From: a virus
Reading direction: 5' to 3' (one strand)
Length of the DNA: 64,000 nucleotides
Virus record (IMG/VR): IMGVR_UViG_3300031972_002122
Span: 64,571 to 128,570 of that record
Shown here: positions 54,346 through 64,000 of the stretch, piece after piece
Layout of the letters: each line of letters begins with the position of its first letter
Position numbering within the stretch: the first letter of the stretch is position 1
Program-made: the position numbers and the translations under genes
Notes under the pieces: model-generated
What the model was told of the DNA's origin: nothing
Seen by the model: only the letters and a program-made list of their open reading frames with translations
Databases searched by the model: none

Positions 54346-55201
54346 ATATCCTATATACATACCATCTAAGGGTCGATACGAGACGCGTAAGACCGTTAAA
54401 GCACTCGATGCTATATCGGTGCCATATCGGATCGTTGTAGAGCCACAGGAGTACGATAAATACGCTGCAGTCATTGACGAGCATAATATATTAGTACTCC
54501 CAGAGGATAACGTGAAGTTAATCGGTGCTCGGAATTGGATAAAGCAACATTCAATATCGGAGGGGTATGAGCGACATTGGCAACTTGATGATAATATAGA
54601 ACAGTTCAATAGGCTTAATAGAAATTACCAAGTCAAGGTATCGTCTGGGACTATATTTAGGTGTGCTGAAGATTTCACGGATAGGTATGACAACATAGCT
54701 TATTCAGGATTTCAATACGATCACTTCGCAAAGGCGAAGACTAAGATGTTACCATTTATATTGAATACACGGGTGTATTCGTGTACGTTAGTCAATAACC
54801 TTGCACCATACGCTTGGCGATCGATTTATAATGATGATACTGATGTGTGTCTTCAAGCTTTGAAAGATGGGTGGTGTACTGTGTTGTTCAACGCATTCCT
54901 CCAGTGTAAAGCTACGACAATGACAGTTAAGGGTGGAAACACTGAAGAGTTATATTTGATCGAGGATGGTCGTAAGAAGATGGCACAGGCGTTAGTAGAC
55001 TTACATCCAGACGTTGCTAAGGTAGCGTGGAGATTTAATCGATGGCAACATGTAGTGGACTATAGCTCATTCAAGTTGAATAATCGATTGCAGAAGAAAG
55101 ATGGTATAACGATCCCAGAAGGGATCAATAATTATGGTATGAAATTAGTCACCGTAGATTCTGATGAATACACACGGTGGGAAGCAAATAAGCTCCTTTA
55201 G
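54335..55201 (+). CDS. GREB1-like / TET-associated glycosyltransferase (putative DNA base modification)
   Basis: YPIYIPSKGR, GARNWI, WQLDDNI, YNDDTD.CLQAL..GWCT, KGGNT. Confidence 0.82.
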   Translation: MNPRYPIYIPSKGRYETRKTVKALDAISVPYRIVVEPQEYDKYAAVIDEHNILVLPEDNVKLIGARNWIKQHSISEGYERHWQLDDNIEQFNRLNRNYQVKVSSGTIFRCAEDFTDRYDNIAYSGFQYDHFAKAKTKMLPFILNTRVYSCTLVNNLAPYAWRSIYNDDTDVCLQALKDGWCTVLFNAFLQCKATTMTVKGGNTEELYLIEDGRKKMAQALVDLHPDVAKVAWRFNRWQHVVDYSSFKLNNRLQKKDGITIPEGINNYGMKLVTVDSDEYTRWEANKLL

Positions 55202-55266
55202 CTCAGTTGGTTTAGAGCACTTGTTTTACATGCATGGGGTCGTAGGTTCGAATCCTACAGGGAGCA
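55192..55266 (+). tRNA. tRNA-Val(TAC)
   Basis: GCTCCTT/AGGGAGC-A; TTTACAT loop. Confidence 0.88.
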
Positions 55267-55278
55267 CAAATTAAATAT

Positions 55279-55728
55279 ATGACAAATTCAGAGATAATAA
55301 GTTTAGGTATTAACATTGGCGTTTTTGACGAAACAGTAACAGATTTTGAATTACAATATATACTATTCACTCATTATATGGAGAGGATGGCTGTTATGGG
55401 CTTATTATCTAGTTCTGGTGGGGAATATGAAATATCAGATACTGGTAAGGCGGTGATTGAATTTCTAGTTAGTAATGAGTATACACTAAATGCTGATGAT
55501 TTGAAAATGTTTATGATGAACGACGTTGAACAATATGTACAATTAATACCTGTTATTGACGCGTTCGTGGAGTCTATTATACTCCTACACACTGACGGTG
55601 AAGATGTCTTAATTAATCGTCTTATAGACTTAGGTGCTAGGCGTGATCCTGATGAGATAGATGCATTGATTGAGATGCATAGCGAGATGGTGGAGCAGGT
55701 AAAGACCAAGTATAATATTACTGAATAA
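55279..55728 (+). CDS. hypothetical protein
   Basis: ORF track. Confidence 0.6.
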   Translation: MTNSEIISLGINIGVFDETVTDFELQYILFTHYMERMAVMGLLSSSGGEYEISDTGKAVIEFLVSNEYTLNADDLKMFMMNDVEQYVQLIPVIDAFVESIILLHTDGEDVLINRLIDLGARRDPDEIDALIEMHSEMVEQVKTKYNITE

Positions 55729-55731
55729 CAT

Positions 55732-55804
55732 GCTCCCTTGGCTCAACGGATAGAGTATCCGACTTCGAATCGGAGGATTATAGGTTCGAATCCTATAGGG
55801 AGTA
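55732..55804 (+). tRNA. tRNA-Arg(TCG)
   Basis: GCTCCCT/AGGGAGT; TCCGA-CTTCGAA-TCGGA. Confidence 0.93.
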
Positions 55805-55941
55805 CAAATAGGTTCTACCACATCCAGACGTGGACGGTAGATTATAAAAATAATTCCATAAAAGTTTGTTAATACCAATATTTTTTATATATTAGTGTTC
55901 TAAAAATTTATTGCATTTTTTATTTCATTTAAAACAACAAT

Positions 55942-56421
55942 ATGAAAGGTTCAATTTTTACGATTATGTTCATGCTATTGATTAGCACATTCATCACCGC
56001 ACAGACTGAAGCTCCAGTGGATGATGATCGTGGGTGGTATCAGGGTGATATACTGGCAGGTGCCAATACGACACTGGACAACACATCACTTTTAAATGTT
56101 CAGTTCTCACCAGTAGTTGGTTACGCCGTAACGGATTATGATATGGTAACGACATCGATCATTTACGCTGACAGTGATGGCTCGGCAAGTTACAGTGTTC
56201 AAGTTGGTTATCAACGAGCTGTATGGCTTGACGGCTTATATGTAGGTGCTGGATTGGGATTAGTTAATTTTACAGGGGAATCCAATACAATTATTAATGC
56301 TAATGTCGGATATTTTGCAAAATTAGGAAACTACTGGTATGTATCGCCAAGGCTTGGATTTGAGACCTCGGATGGGGATTCTAATTTGATGACTCAGCTA
56401 ACCTTTGGATTTGTTTTGTAA
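55942..56421 (+). CDS. outer-membrane beta-barrel protein (8-strand type) with signal peptide
   Basis: signal peptide, alternating beta strands (FSPVVGY, LYVGAGLG, YWYVSPRLGF), C-terminal LTFGFVL. Confidence 0.75.
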   Translation: MKGSIFTIMFMLLISTFITAQTEAPVDDDRGWYQGDILAGANTTLDNTSLLNVQFSPVVGYAVTDYDMVTTSIIYADSDGSASYSVQVGYQRAVWLDGLYVGAGLGLVNFTGESNTIINANVGYFAKLGNYWYVSPRLGFETSDGDSNLMTQLTFGFVL

Positions 56422-56446
56422 TAGTAAATAATAGTTAAACATATAC

Positions 56447-56479
56447 GAGGGAAGTTGATACATGTCAACTTCCCTTTTT
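56447..56479 (+). terminator. intrinsic terminator
   Basis: GAGGGAAGTTGATA/TGTCAACTTCCCTT plus U-run. Confidence 0.85.
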
Positions 56480-56486
56480 AATATAA

Positions 56487-56558
56487 GCTCCTATGGTGTA
56501 ATGGATAGCACAAGAGTTTTCTAAACTTTTAGTTGGGGTTCGAATCCCTGTAGGAGTA
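56487..56558 (+). tRNA. tRNA-Arg(TCT)
   Basis: GCTCCTA/TAGGAGT; AGAGT-TTTCTAA-ACTTT. Confidence 0.9.
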
Positions 56559-56694
56559 CAATCGTTAAGAAATGCCCGCTGATGATCTCGGTGGGTATTC
56601 TTATTAGTGTGGTTGTAATTTTATATCCATTTAATTTTATTTATTGATAAATTACATTTATATTAGCGTAAAATTACGATCACCAACCAAATAC

Positions 56695-56949
56695 ATGTAT
56701 ATGACGCCAATTGTTTTTAAAGATTTACATATTTTCGACTTGACTAGTGATAAGACTTGGGTAATATCTGGGGAGTTTTCATTCGATGATGACGAAGCGT
56801 ATCGAGATTTTATCACACAGATCGAGGACTCGTTCTCGCACACATTCGGATACACGGTAGTTGCACGGGCATTACCATCCAAAGAAGTCGAGGATGCAGA
56901 AAAAGCTATTGACGACGTAATAAATGGTACATTTTATGATCAAAAATGA
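56695..56949 (+). CDS. hypothetical protein
   Basis: ORF track, internal start. Confidence 0.5.
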   Translation: MYMTPIVFKDLHIFDLTSDKTWVISGEFSFDDDEAYRDFITQIEDSFSHTFGYTVVARALPSKEVEDAEKAIDDVINGTFYDQK

Positions 56950-57204
56950 TAGAAATACGCCGACTGCTAGGTTGTCTACTATCGAGTTGGGTGGTAATAC
57001 TTATCAAATTAGTGTGCAAGATGACGGCTCACTACACATCCCAGAAATTTGTGTAGTAATAACTAAACGTAATTTACGAGACCTTGTGGACTTGATTTCT
57101 GACGGTGGATATAATTATGACATATTGTCTGAATTATAGCGGATAATATTATGAAATGATAGAATTTTTTTATATATTGCGGCATAATCAAAAATACAAA
57201 TAGT

Positions 57205-57633
57205 ATGAAAACTGAAGATTTTACAGACAAGTCGTTAGAATTGATCGGTGAGGCACTTGGACTTGCCAAGAATTTCAATAACAAAGACATAACTGAGTTC
57301 CATTTCATCAGTAAAATATGGTCTAAGCTAGAAAATGAGATTAGATCGTCTCAAATTGTGACTCATCGTGAATTCGATGCATTGACTAATTACTGGTTTG
57401 ACAATTTACGTATCAATTCTGACGAGGTGGATAAGTCTATTTTAAGTGGGACGAGTCATCGCATATTATCAGAAGCTAAAAGTATTTCTAAATTTTTAGA
57501 AGCTATTAAGACTAACCCACTCCATATATTACTAGCCATCTTGAAAGTGGACACTAAGGTTAGTGTGATGCTTCGAGATTATGGCTTCACGCCGAGTAAC
57601 ATTCTCCAGATTGACTATGAGGAGGATGTGTAA
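57205..57633 (+). CDS. stand-alone Clp N-terminal (Clp_N repeat) domain protein
   Basis: FTDKSLELIGEALGLA...ITEFHF and LSEAKSIS...PLHILLAIL double repeat. Confidence 0.75.
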   Translation: MKTEDFTDKSLELIGEALGLAKNFNNKDITEFHFISKIWSKLENEIRSSQIVTHREFDALTNYWFDNLRINSDEVDKSILSGTSHRILSEAKSISKFLEAIKTNPLHILLAILKVDTKVSVMLRDYGFTPSNILQIDYEEDV

Positions 57634-57657
57634 TTATGTCACATTAAATTTTACAGG

Positions 57658-57930
57658 ATGAAAACTCATAAAACTAACGACAATTCCATTTGTCTACAAT
57701 GTCTAAAAGTTCTAGACGCCGCCACAGGTGTCGATCACGACGACGTTCCAAAGGTTGGCGATATAACCATCTGTGCATACTGCGCCACTGTTGGTAAATT
57801 TGACGAAAATATGTCACTGCGTGAAATATCGGTCGAAGAACTTGAGGAGATTAACCAGACCAATCCATTAGTTTACGACGAGATTGCTAGGGTTGTTGTT
57901 TTAATTAAACAAACAAATGGATTATTATGA
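57658..57930 (+). CDS. Zn-binding hypothetical protein
   Basis: CLQC..PKVGDITICAYC. Confidence 0.65.
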   Translation: MKTHKTNDNSICLQCLKVLDAATGVDHDDVPKVGDITICAYCATVGKFDENMSLREISVEELEEINQTNPLVYDEIARVVVLIKQTNGLL

Positions 57931-58012
57931 AAAAGTTTACATGTTTTCTATTCCACCGATTTTACTGGAATCGTAATGCTGGATTGAATGGAACTGATAA
58001 GGTTTGTAAAAA

Positions 58013-59510
58013 ATGTGGAATACGATGGAAGTAACCAACTATAAAACTAGAACACTAATCAATATACTATTTGGATTTCTCGGAACATTATTCATTATAT
58101 GTTTACTTGCTATGGACTGTAGTGGATCACATTCAGATGTTGATGAGACCGTGGAGACCAGTGTGCTGTCTATACATGTGCTGGAAAACTTTACAGTTCG
58201 TGGGTACGATAGTAAGTTTAGAACTCAAGTTTCTAGGATAACGTCTCAGGGACATGAATATTTAATCACGTCGAGTGGTGGTATCGTTCACATGGAGCAT
58301 TGCTTACATCGAGACATAAACTTTGGGACTGATGGGGATTGATGATGTACGCTCAACGTTAACGATCCAGTTTCGTAGTAGGAGAAAATGTTTAAAATTT
58401 CTACGCCAAATTGACAGTGGGGTTCTAAAAGAATATATAGCAGACAGTTTTGATAATGTTATTTGGTTGAAATTTCCAGATCAATATACCCGAGACGTCA
58501 TGCTAGATACCATGAAGCGGACAGTACCTAAGTATAAGATTAAAATAAATAACGGACAAGAACAAATATTGATATGAGTAGTAATAATGGTAATGACTTG
58601 GTTAAGGAAGTTAAGGTGATGTTAATTAGATTGCGAGCATTTTATAAGAAAACCATCGAGGTGGAAACTTTGGCGAGGACGTTAGGACATGAAGACTTTG
58701 ACATAGAAAGTTTCGTTAAGGAAAATCCAGAGCTTAGTGCTATATATGATGAAATAGACGTTTTAACCAATACGTTAGCTGATATCGAACATAGCTAGTG
58801 ACAAACTGTTGAATATGGTACATAACTTACTAGAAATTAATAACCTCATCAACATTCACCATGTCGTCGAAATTGATGTGAAACGTCAGGAAGAGCATAG
58901 GGATATTAAGTGGGTTGAACATGTAGGTAATCTATTTACACCTGTTAAGCGTGGTTGGTATTATTCTATACTTGGGGAAGGTAGTTGGATTGATGAAGAG
59001 GAAGTTTCCAATATATCAAAACACGTTTATCTAGATCATGATCTTAGGAAGGCTTTTTACTACCCACATATCGAGTTTGGTATGGTTGATCGCTCGCGAT
59101 GTTATCGATGGTTCGAAACTGTAGATGAGCTAAACGCGTACCTGAAGGATATGGAATTAAGTATGTTCGTTTAGTAAAATATAATTATGTCGGAAGAAAT
59201 AAATAAAGAATATTGGGAAGCTCGTGACAAGTATATGAACGATCTAGTAGAGTTAGCAGAGTATGCAAATCATACTGGGGATGAGTTGGGGGAGTATAGT
59301 GCTAAATTGGTAAACCTAGCTCGGTCTAGTGCCATAGGGAAAACGTTTGAGGATGCTCTAAAGCTTGAAGTGTATGCTGTGCTTAAGATGTTCAGAAGCG
59401 AATTTATATGGGGAGAGCAAGTCATGACTGTGACTACCGAAATTGATGGTGAGGTGACTGTCAAAAAAAGCACTAATAAAGTATTAAAACATCAATCAGA
59501 ATGCAAATAA
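58013..59510 (+). other. run of five small hypothetical ORFs (58013, 58323, 58574, 58809, 59187)
   Basis: ORF track; contiguous on the same strand. Confidence 0.55.
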
Positions 59511-59818
59511 CTGAAATTCCAGACTGGTGGGTAATTGTACAGATACCATATGGGTATAAAGTATTTGCATCGTGGAATGCGAGTGGGTTGAGTGGTGATC
59601 GATGGCGACTGAACAGTGGCATTAAACACGTAACGAGTGATCCAGAGTTTTATTATTTTCATGGATATTCAGGATCAGTTTATCAATGTAACCGACTTGG
59701 GTATGGCGTATCATCTGTCTGGACGGGATCAGTTCTAGATGGAATGGTTGATGCTAGTGGTGGTATGATGGAAGTTCTCGGTGACGATCGTGATTGGACT
59801 GAATTAAACGTAAGATAA
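59501..59818 (+). CDS. conserved phage hypothetical protein
   Basis: PDWWV..YKVFASW...GDRWRLNSGI...FHGYSGSVYQC. Confidence 0.75.
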   Translation: MQITEIPDWWVIVQIPYGYKVFASWNASGLSGDRWRLNSGIKHVTSDPEFYYFHGYSGSVYQCNRLGYGVSSVWTGSVLDGMVDASGGMMEVLGDDRDWTELNVR

Positions 59819-59843
59819 TTTTTTAACATATAAACATAATATT

Positions 59844-60368
59844 ATGGAAGATACCAATAACTCAACTTTCAAAAAATACCTCCAAATGGCAGATGCGATG
59901 TACGTGACTAAGAAAGTAGATACATTGCCTAAGATTCGTAAAGATTTTCGTGTTGATATGGCATTTGTTAATGTCTTAAGAGATTTTAACTACCTAATAG
60001 CTACGGAAGATGATCCAAAAATGTATCGATGGAATCCTGAGTTAGTACCCAACGAACTTTTAATTACATTAGCTAGGGATGAAGTTAGAAAAATTCGTAA
60101 AGCAAGTGTAGATCGAGTTGCCGCGCGTAAAGCCAAGAAGCAAGAGTTAGTCGAACTTGAACGTAAATCTGACGCGAATAAGTCTAGTGCCACTGAAGTT
60201 AATTCTGCTAGTGTTACGTTGGGTGGTGACGTTGCTGATGATGTTGATGATACTAGTGATCAAGTAACTTCTCCCGAAATTACTGTAGATCAGGCACTCG
60301 CTACCTTGAAAGCTAATGGCGGGTATGTTGTATACAAAACTGTTACAACACAAACTCAAGTTGTCTAA
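59844..60368 (+). CDS. hypothetical protein
   Basis: ORF track. Confidence 0.65.
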   Translation: MEDTNNSTFKKYLQMADAMYVTKKVDTLPKIRKDFRVDMAFVNVLRDFNYLIATEDDPKMYRWNPELVPNELLITLARDEVRKIRKASVDRVAARKAKKQELVELERKSDANKSSATEVNSASVTLGGDVADDVDDTSDQVTSPEITVDQALATLKANGGYVVYKTVTTQTQVV

Positions 60369-60370
60369 GA

Positions 60371-60676
60371 ATGGCGATTGATTACACGACATATCAGAGG
60401 GTACATAAACCAAAACTCGGTATTAAATACCACGTGTCATGGGCACCGATGGGAGTCGTCGGTGTCTGTGTCAAAATTCTGGATGGTAAGGTATGGTTGA
60501 TGAGACCAAAGCAAAAAACGCTATTTAAAAATCCTATACCATTTGGTGATCTCGTACATTTAAGGAACACGTCTATAAAGATTTTAAAGCTTGGCTACGA
60601 AGTCGTCGAGCGTAGTTCGATACCCGATAAAAAGTGGCTCAAGTATGTACTGAGATATAACGATGTTAAAATCTAA
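60371..60676 (+). CDS. hypothetical protein
   Basis: ORF track. Confidence 0.55.
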   Translation: MAIDYTTYQRVHKPKLGIKYHVSWAPMGVVGVCVKILDGKVWLMRPKQKTLFKNPIPFGDLVHLRNTSIKILKLGYEVVERSSIPDKKWLKYVLRYNDVKI

Positions 60677-60712
60677 TAATCGACTCCTGAAGGGGTATAA
60701 AAATATAATACG

Positions 60713-61120
60713 ATGCATGTAAGACACGATGATCGAAACGACGACGTAACTCAGTTGGATATAGCACTTCGCATGGTTGGTTTGAATGTGGACTATACGA
60801 CGTCTGATTTAATATACATGATGCTCAAGGCGTTAGCTGAACGTGGGGATGATTTCTCACTACAGGATGCTGCAGCGATACAAACAGAACACGCCAATAA
60901 ATGGGAACGGTATGCGGATGTGTTAGCAACTGAAGAGAATAGTTCGGCGGAATCAGAAATAAATCCAGACGAAGCTCCAGACCTTAACCTATCGGACATT
61001 GAAGAGATCGCAATTAAATCTGCACTAGCTAAATATAATGGTCACCGTGGCAAGGCTGCTAAATCGTTGGGAATGTCTGAGCGGACGTTACATCGTCGAT
61101 TGAACAAACTGAATATGTAG
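60713..61120 (+). CDS. protein with C-terminal Fis-type HTH
   Basis: LSDIEEIAIKSALAKYNGHRGKAAKSLGMSERTLHRRL. Confidence 0.85.
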   Translation: MHVRHDDRNDDVTQLDIALRMVGLNVDYTTSDLIYMMLKALAERGDDFSLQDAAAIQTEHANKWERYADVLATEENSSAESEINPDEAPDLNLSDIEEIAIKSALAKYNGHRGKAAKSLGMSERTLHRRLNKLNM

Positions 61121-61412
61121 TCAACTTGGTAACATAATTTTTCAAAAACTAAATATAGATACGATGGATGGTGGTACTGATGTACTTGAAGAGAGTCTGA
61201 ATGACGTACTAGTAGATACGGTGAATCTTCAGGCGGAACTGATAACTATGCATGCTACGAAGTTAACGACGGATGGGTTACATACGTACTGTGAGATGCT
61301 TAGTAAATTCATAGAAGAAAATTGCGAATAATGATCAGTTGTAATATTGATATAATAACATTTGCCCTTGTTGTCTGGATGACTTACAGGGGCATTACTT
61401 ATAAAATAGACA

Positions 61413-64000
61413 ATGGTAGTAAATAGTCGAGGTAGTGGAGATGGGTATGGATATGGTAGTGGAATTGGAGCTGGGAATGGGAGTGGTGATGGGTATGGTA
61501 GTGGAATTGGAGCTGGAAATGGGTGTGGGCGTGGCGATGTTCGTAGTATATGGTGTGACGAGGTAGATGGTTGTGGTAGTGGTCATTGGTATGAGGTTGG
61601 ACGTGGAAGTGGAGATGGTTGGGGTTATGGAGGTGGCTTTGGTGGTGGGTGTGGATACGGGCGTGGAAATGGCTCTGGGTATAAATATGGAAAGGGAAAG
61701 GGCTAAAATCAGTAAATTATGAGAGTATATAGTTACGGAGATGGTGATGGGCATGGACTTATAACTGCACGTGGCGATGGGGGTGGATGTGGAAGTGGAG
61801 TTGGAACTGTATATGGGTATGGATATGGATATGGATGTGGGGATGGACGTGGAAATGAATATGGTCGTGGAAATGGATATGAACTTGGAAATGGTCGTGG
61901 AAAAGGTCGTAGTCATGGAGATGGCGATGGGTATGGATATGGTTGTGGGGGTGGAGAGGGCTAAAATCAAAAAATATGAGAGTATATAGTTACGGTAGCA
62001 GTGATGGGCATGGATTTGAAAGTGGAGAGGGCTGGGGAGCTGGGGATGGAGACGGACGTGGAAATACATACGGTGGTGGGGGTTCGCTTGGTGGGCGTGG
62101 AGATGGGTGTGGGCGTGGAAATGAATATGGGAGTGGTGATGGGAGTGGTGATGGGCGTGGAAATCGCGGCGGAACTGGAAATGGAAGTGGCGGATGGTGA
62201 TGGTCGTGGATATGAAAATGGTTAAATCAGAAAATTATGAGAGTAGATAGTTACGGGATTGGAACTGGTCGTGGAAATAGTCGTGGTCATGGGGATGGTC
62301 GTGGATATGGAACTGGACGTGGGAATGGTTATGGACACGGACGTGGGTGTGGTCGTAGTCATGGTCGTGGATATGGAAGTGGACATGGAACTGGAAATGG
62401 CTCGGGTATTGGAACTGGAAATGGTCGTGGAACTGGGAATGGCTCGGGTACTGGAACTGGAACTGGAAAGGGTTAAATCAGAAAATTATGAGAGTAGATA
62501 GTCAAGGTGGTAGTGTTCGTGGGGATGGTCATGGATATGGAACTGGAAGTGGGAATGGTTATGGACGTGGATGTGGGGAAGGTTATGGTTTTTCGTATGG
62601 AGATGGAAGTGGTCGTGGGGATGGTTATGGTTTTAATGGAAAAGGGAGTGGACGTGGTCATGGCGATGGATGTGGAGATGGAAATGGAAATGGTTAAATC
62701 AAAAAATTATGAGAATAGATAGTCAAGGTGGTGGTGATGGTCGTTGGTATGGTCATGGGCATGATCGAGGACGTGGGCAAGGACGTGGGAGTGGGTGTGG
62801 GGCTAGATTTGGAACTGGAGGTGGGCGTGGAATAGATCATGGACATGGGATTGGGTATGTTTATGGGGATGGTCGTGGATATGGAACTGGACGTGGGAAT
62901 GGTTATGGACACGGACGTGGGTGTGGGTATGGTCGTGGGGATGGGAGTGGTCGTGGAGATCGTGATGGAACTGGAAAGGGCTAAAATTAAAAATTATGAG
63001 AGTAAATAGTTACGGAGCTGGAGATGGGTATGTGTATAGAGACGGGAGTGGCGATGGCAGTGGAACGTCGAGTGGTTGTAAATATGGAATTGGAAGTGGA
63101 TATGGTGATGGAGATGGACGTGGAGATGGGTATGGAAGGGGGTTTGGGCGTGGAGCTGGAACTGTTCATGGGTATGGACATGGCGATGGCAGTGGGTGTG
63201 GAATTGGGTATGGACGTGGAAGTTGGTATGGAACTGGACTTGGTTAAATCAAAAAATTATGAGAGTATATAGCAGTGGATATGAAGATGGGTATGGACGT
63301 GGAGATGGTTGGGGAAGTGGAAGTGGAAGTGGAGCTGTCTGGGGAAGTGGAAATGGAAGTGGGCATGGAACTGGAAATCGCGATAGATATGAACTTAAAC
63401 GTGGGTATGGACGTGGATATGGACGTGGAGATGGAGATGGGTGTGGAAGTGGAGCTGGATATGGACATGGCGATGGCGATGGAGCTGGAACTGGAAAGGG
63501 CTAAAATCAGAAAATTATGAGAGTATATAGTTACGGGGTTGGACATGGAAGTGGACGTGGAGATGGAAGTGGATATGGATATGGACGTGGAAATGGAAGT
63601 GGATATGGACATGGCGATGGCGATGGAGCTGGACGTGGAGATGGATATGGAACTGGACGTGGGAATGGTTATGGACACGGACGTGGGTGTGGGTATGGTC
63701 GTGGGGATGGGAGTGGTCGTGGAGATCGTGATGGAACTGGAAAGGGCTAAATCAGCAATTATGAGAGTGTATAGTTATGGAGATGGGAATGGATATGGAA
63801 GTGGAAATGGATATGGAAGTGGACGTGGATATGGATATGGAAGTGGACGTGGATATGGAATTGGATATGGACGCGGAGATGGATATGGAAGTAGACATGG
63901 AAATGGACGTGGACATGGAAGTGGATCGGGAAGTGGACGTGGATAATCAAAATCAGCAATTATGAGAGTGTATAGTTATGGATCGGGAAGTGGATATGGA
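61413..64000 (+). repeat. tandem array of at least 11 Gly-X repeat mini-ORFs (starts 61413, 61719, 61976, 62237, 62488, 62709, 62996, 63259, 63517, 63761, 63962), truncated by the window end
   Basis: conserved junction GG(C/T)TAAA(A)TCA(G/A)AAAATTATGAGAGTA(T/G)ATAGT; peptides MRV(Y/D/N)S..(GX)n, often ending GKG. Confidence 0.9.

Noticed and set aside
61395-63965. Met/Glu/Val/Asp-rich and minus-strand Ser/Ile/Pro/Thr-rich ORFs in the array
   Set aside because: These are shadow frames of the (GGN NNN)n repeat; only the Gly frame aligns with the conserved ATG and TAA of each unit.
61413-64000. CRISPR array
   Set aside because: The variable parts are ~170-280 nt, related to each other and open reading frames; the repeat is a stop-start junction; no cas operon is present.
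1-64000. Stop-codon reassignment or suppressor tRNAs
   Set aside because: Genes are intact and densely packed under the standard code, all three stops are used, and no CTA, TTA or TCA anticodon was found.

Overview
Gene-dense, almost entirely + strand, AT-rich segment of a large (jumbo-type) tailed phage genome. TTTG..TAnnTTTG-type promoters, a lack of obvious Shine-Dalgarno sites and a DUF4494-like gene suggest a Bacteroidota host. Layout: (1) 0.8-24.7 kb, a ~20-gene glycan cluster (glycosyltransferases, DegT aminotransferase, RmlD-like reductase, two epimerases, nucleotide-sugar dehydrogenase, methyl- and sulfotransferase) with a PD-(D/E)XK nuclease, ClpP-like protease and Mom-like enzyme; (2) 24.8-34.6 kb, membrane, lysis and putative virion genes; (3) 34.7-56.6 kb, about 33 tRNA or tRNA-like genes covering all 20 amino acids in three promoter-headed blocks, mixed with HNH nucleases, RtcB, a PurA-like/vWA module and a GREB1/TAGT-like glycosyltransferase; (4) 61.4-64 kb, a tandem array of at least 11 Gly-X repeat mini-genes. 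Main finding: the tRNA genes appear to be controlled by codon-sensing leader peptides missing from the ORF track. Two block-level attenuator leaders are composed mostly of the amino acids of the downstream tRNAs. Six local uORFs (YYY before tRNA-Tyr, SSSSS before tRNA-Ser, LRLLLL before tRNA-Leu, E-rich before tRNA-Glu, QHQPQP before tRNA-Pro/His/Gln, KYKRKYK before tRNA-Lys) each carry a sequence able to pair with the tRNA 5' end. All tRNA, structure and family calls were made by eye, without tools.
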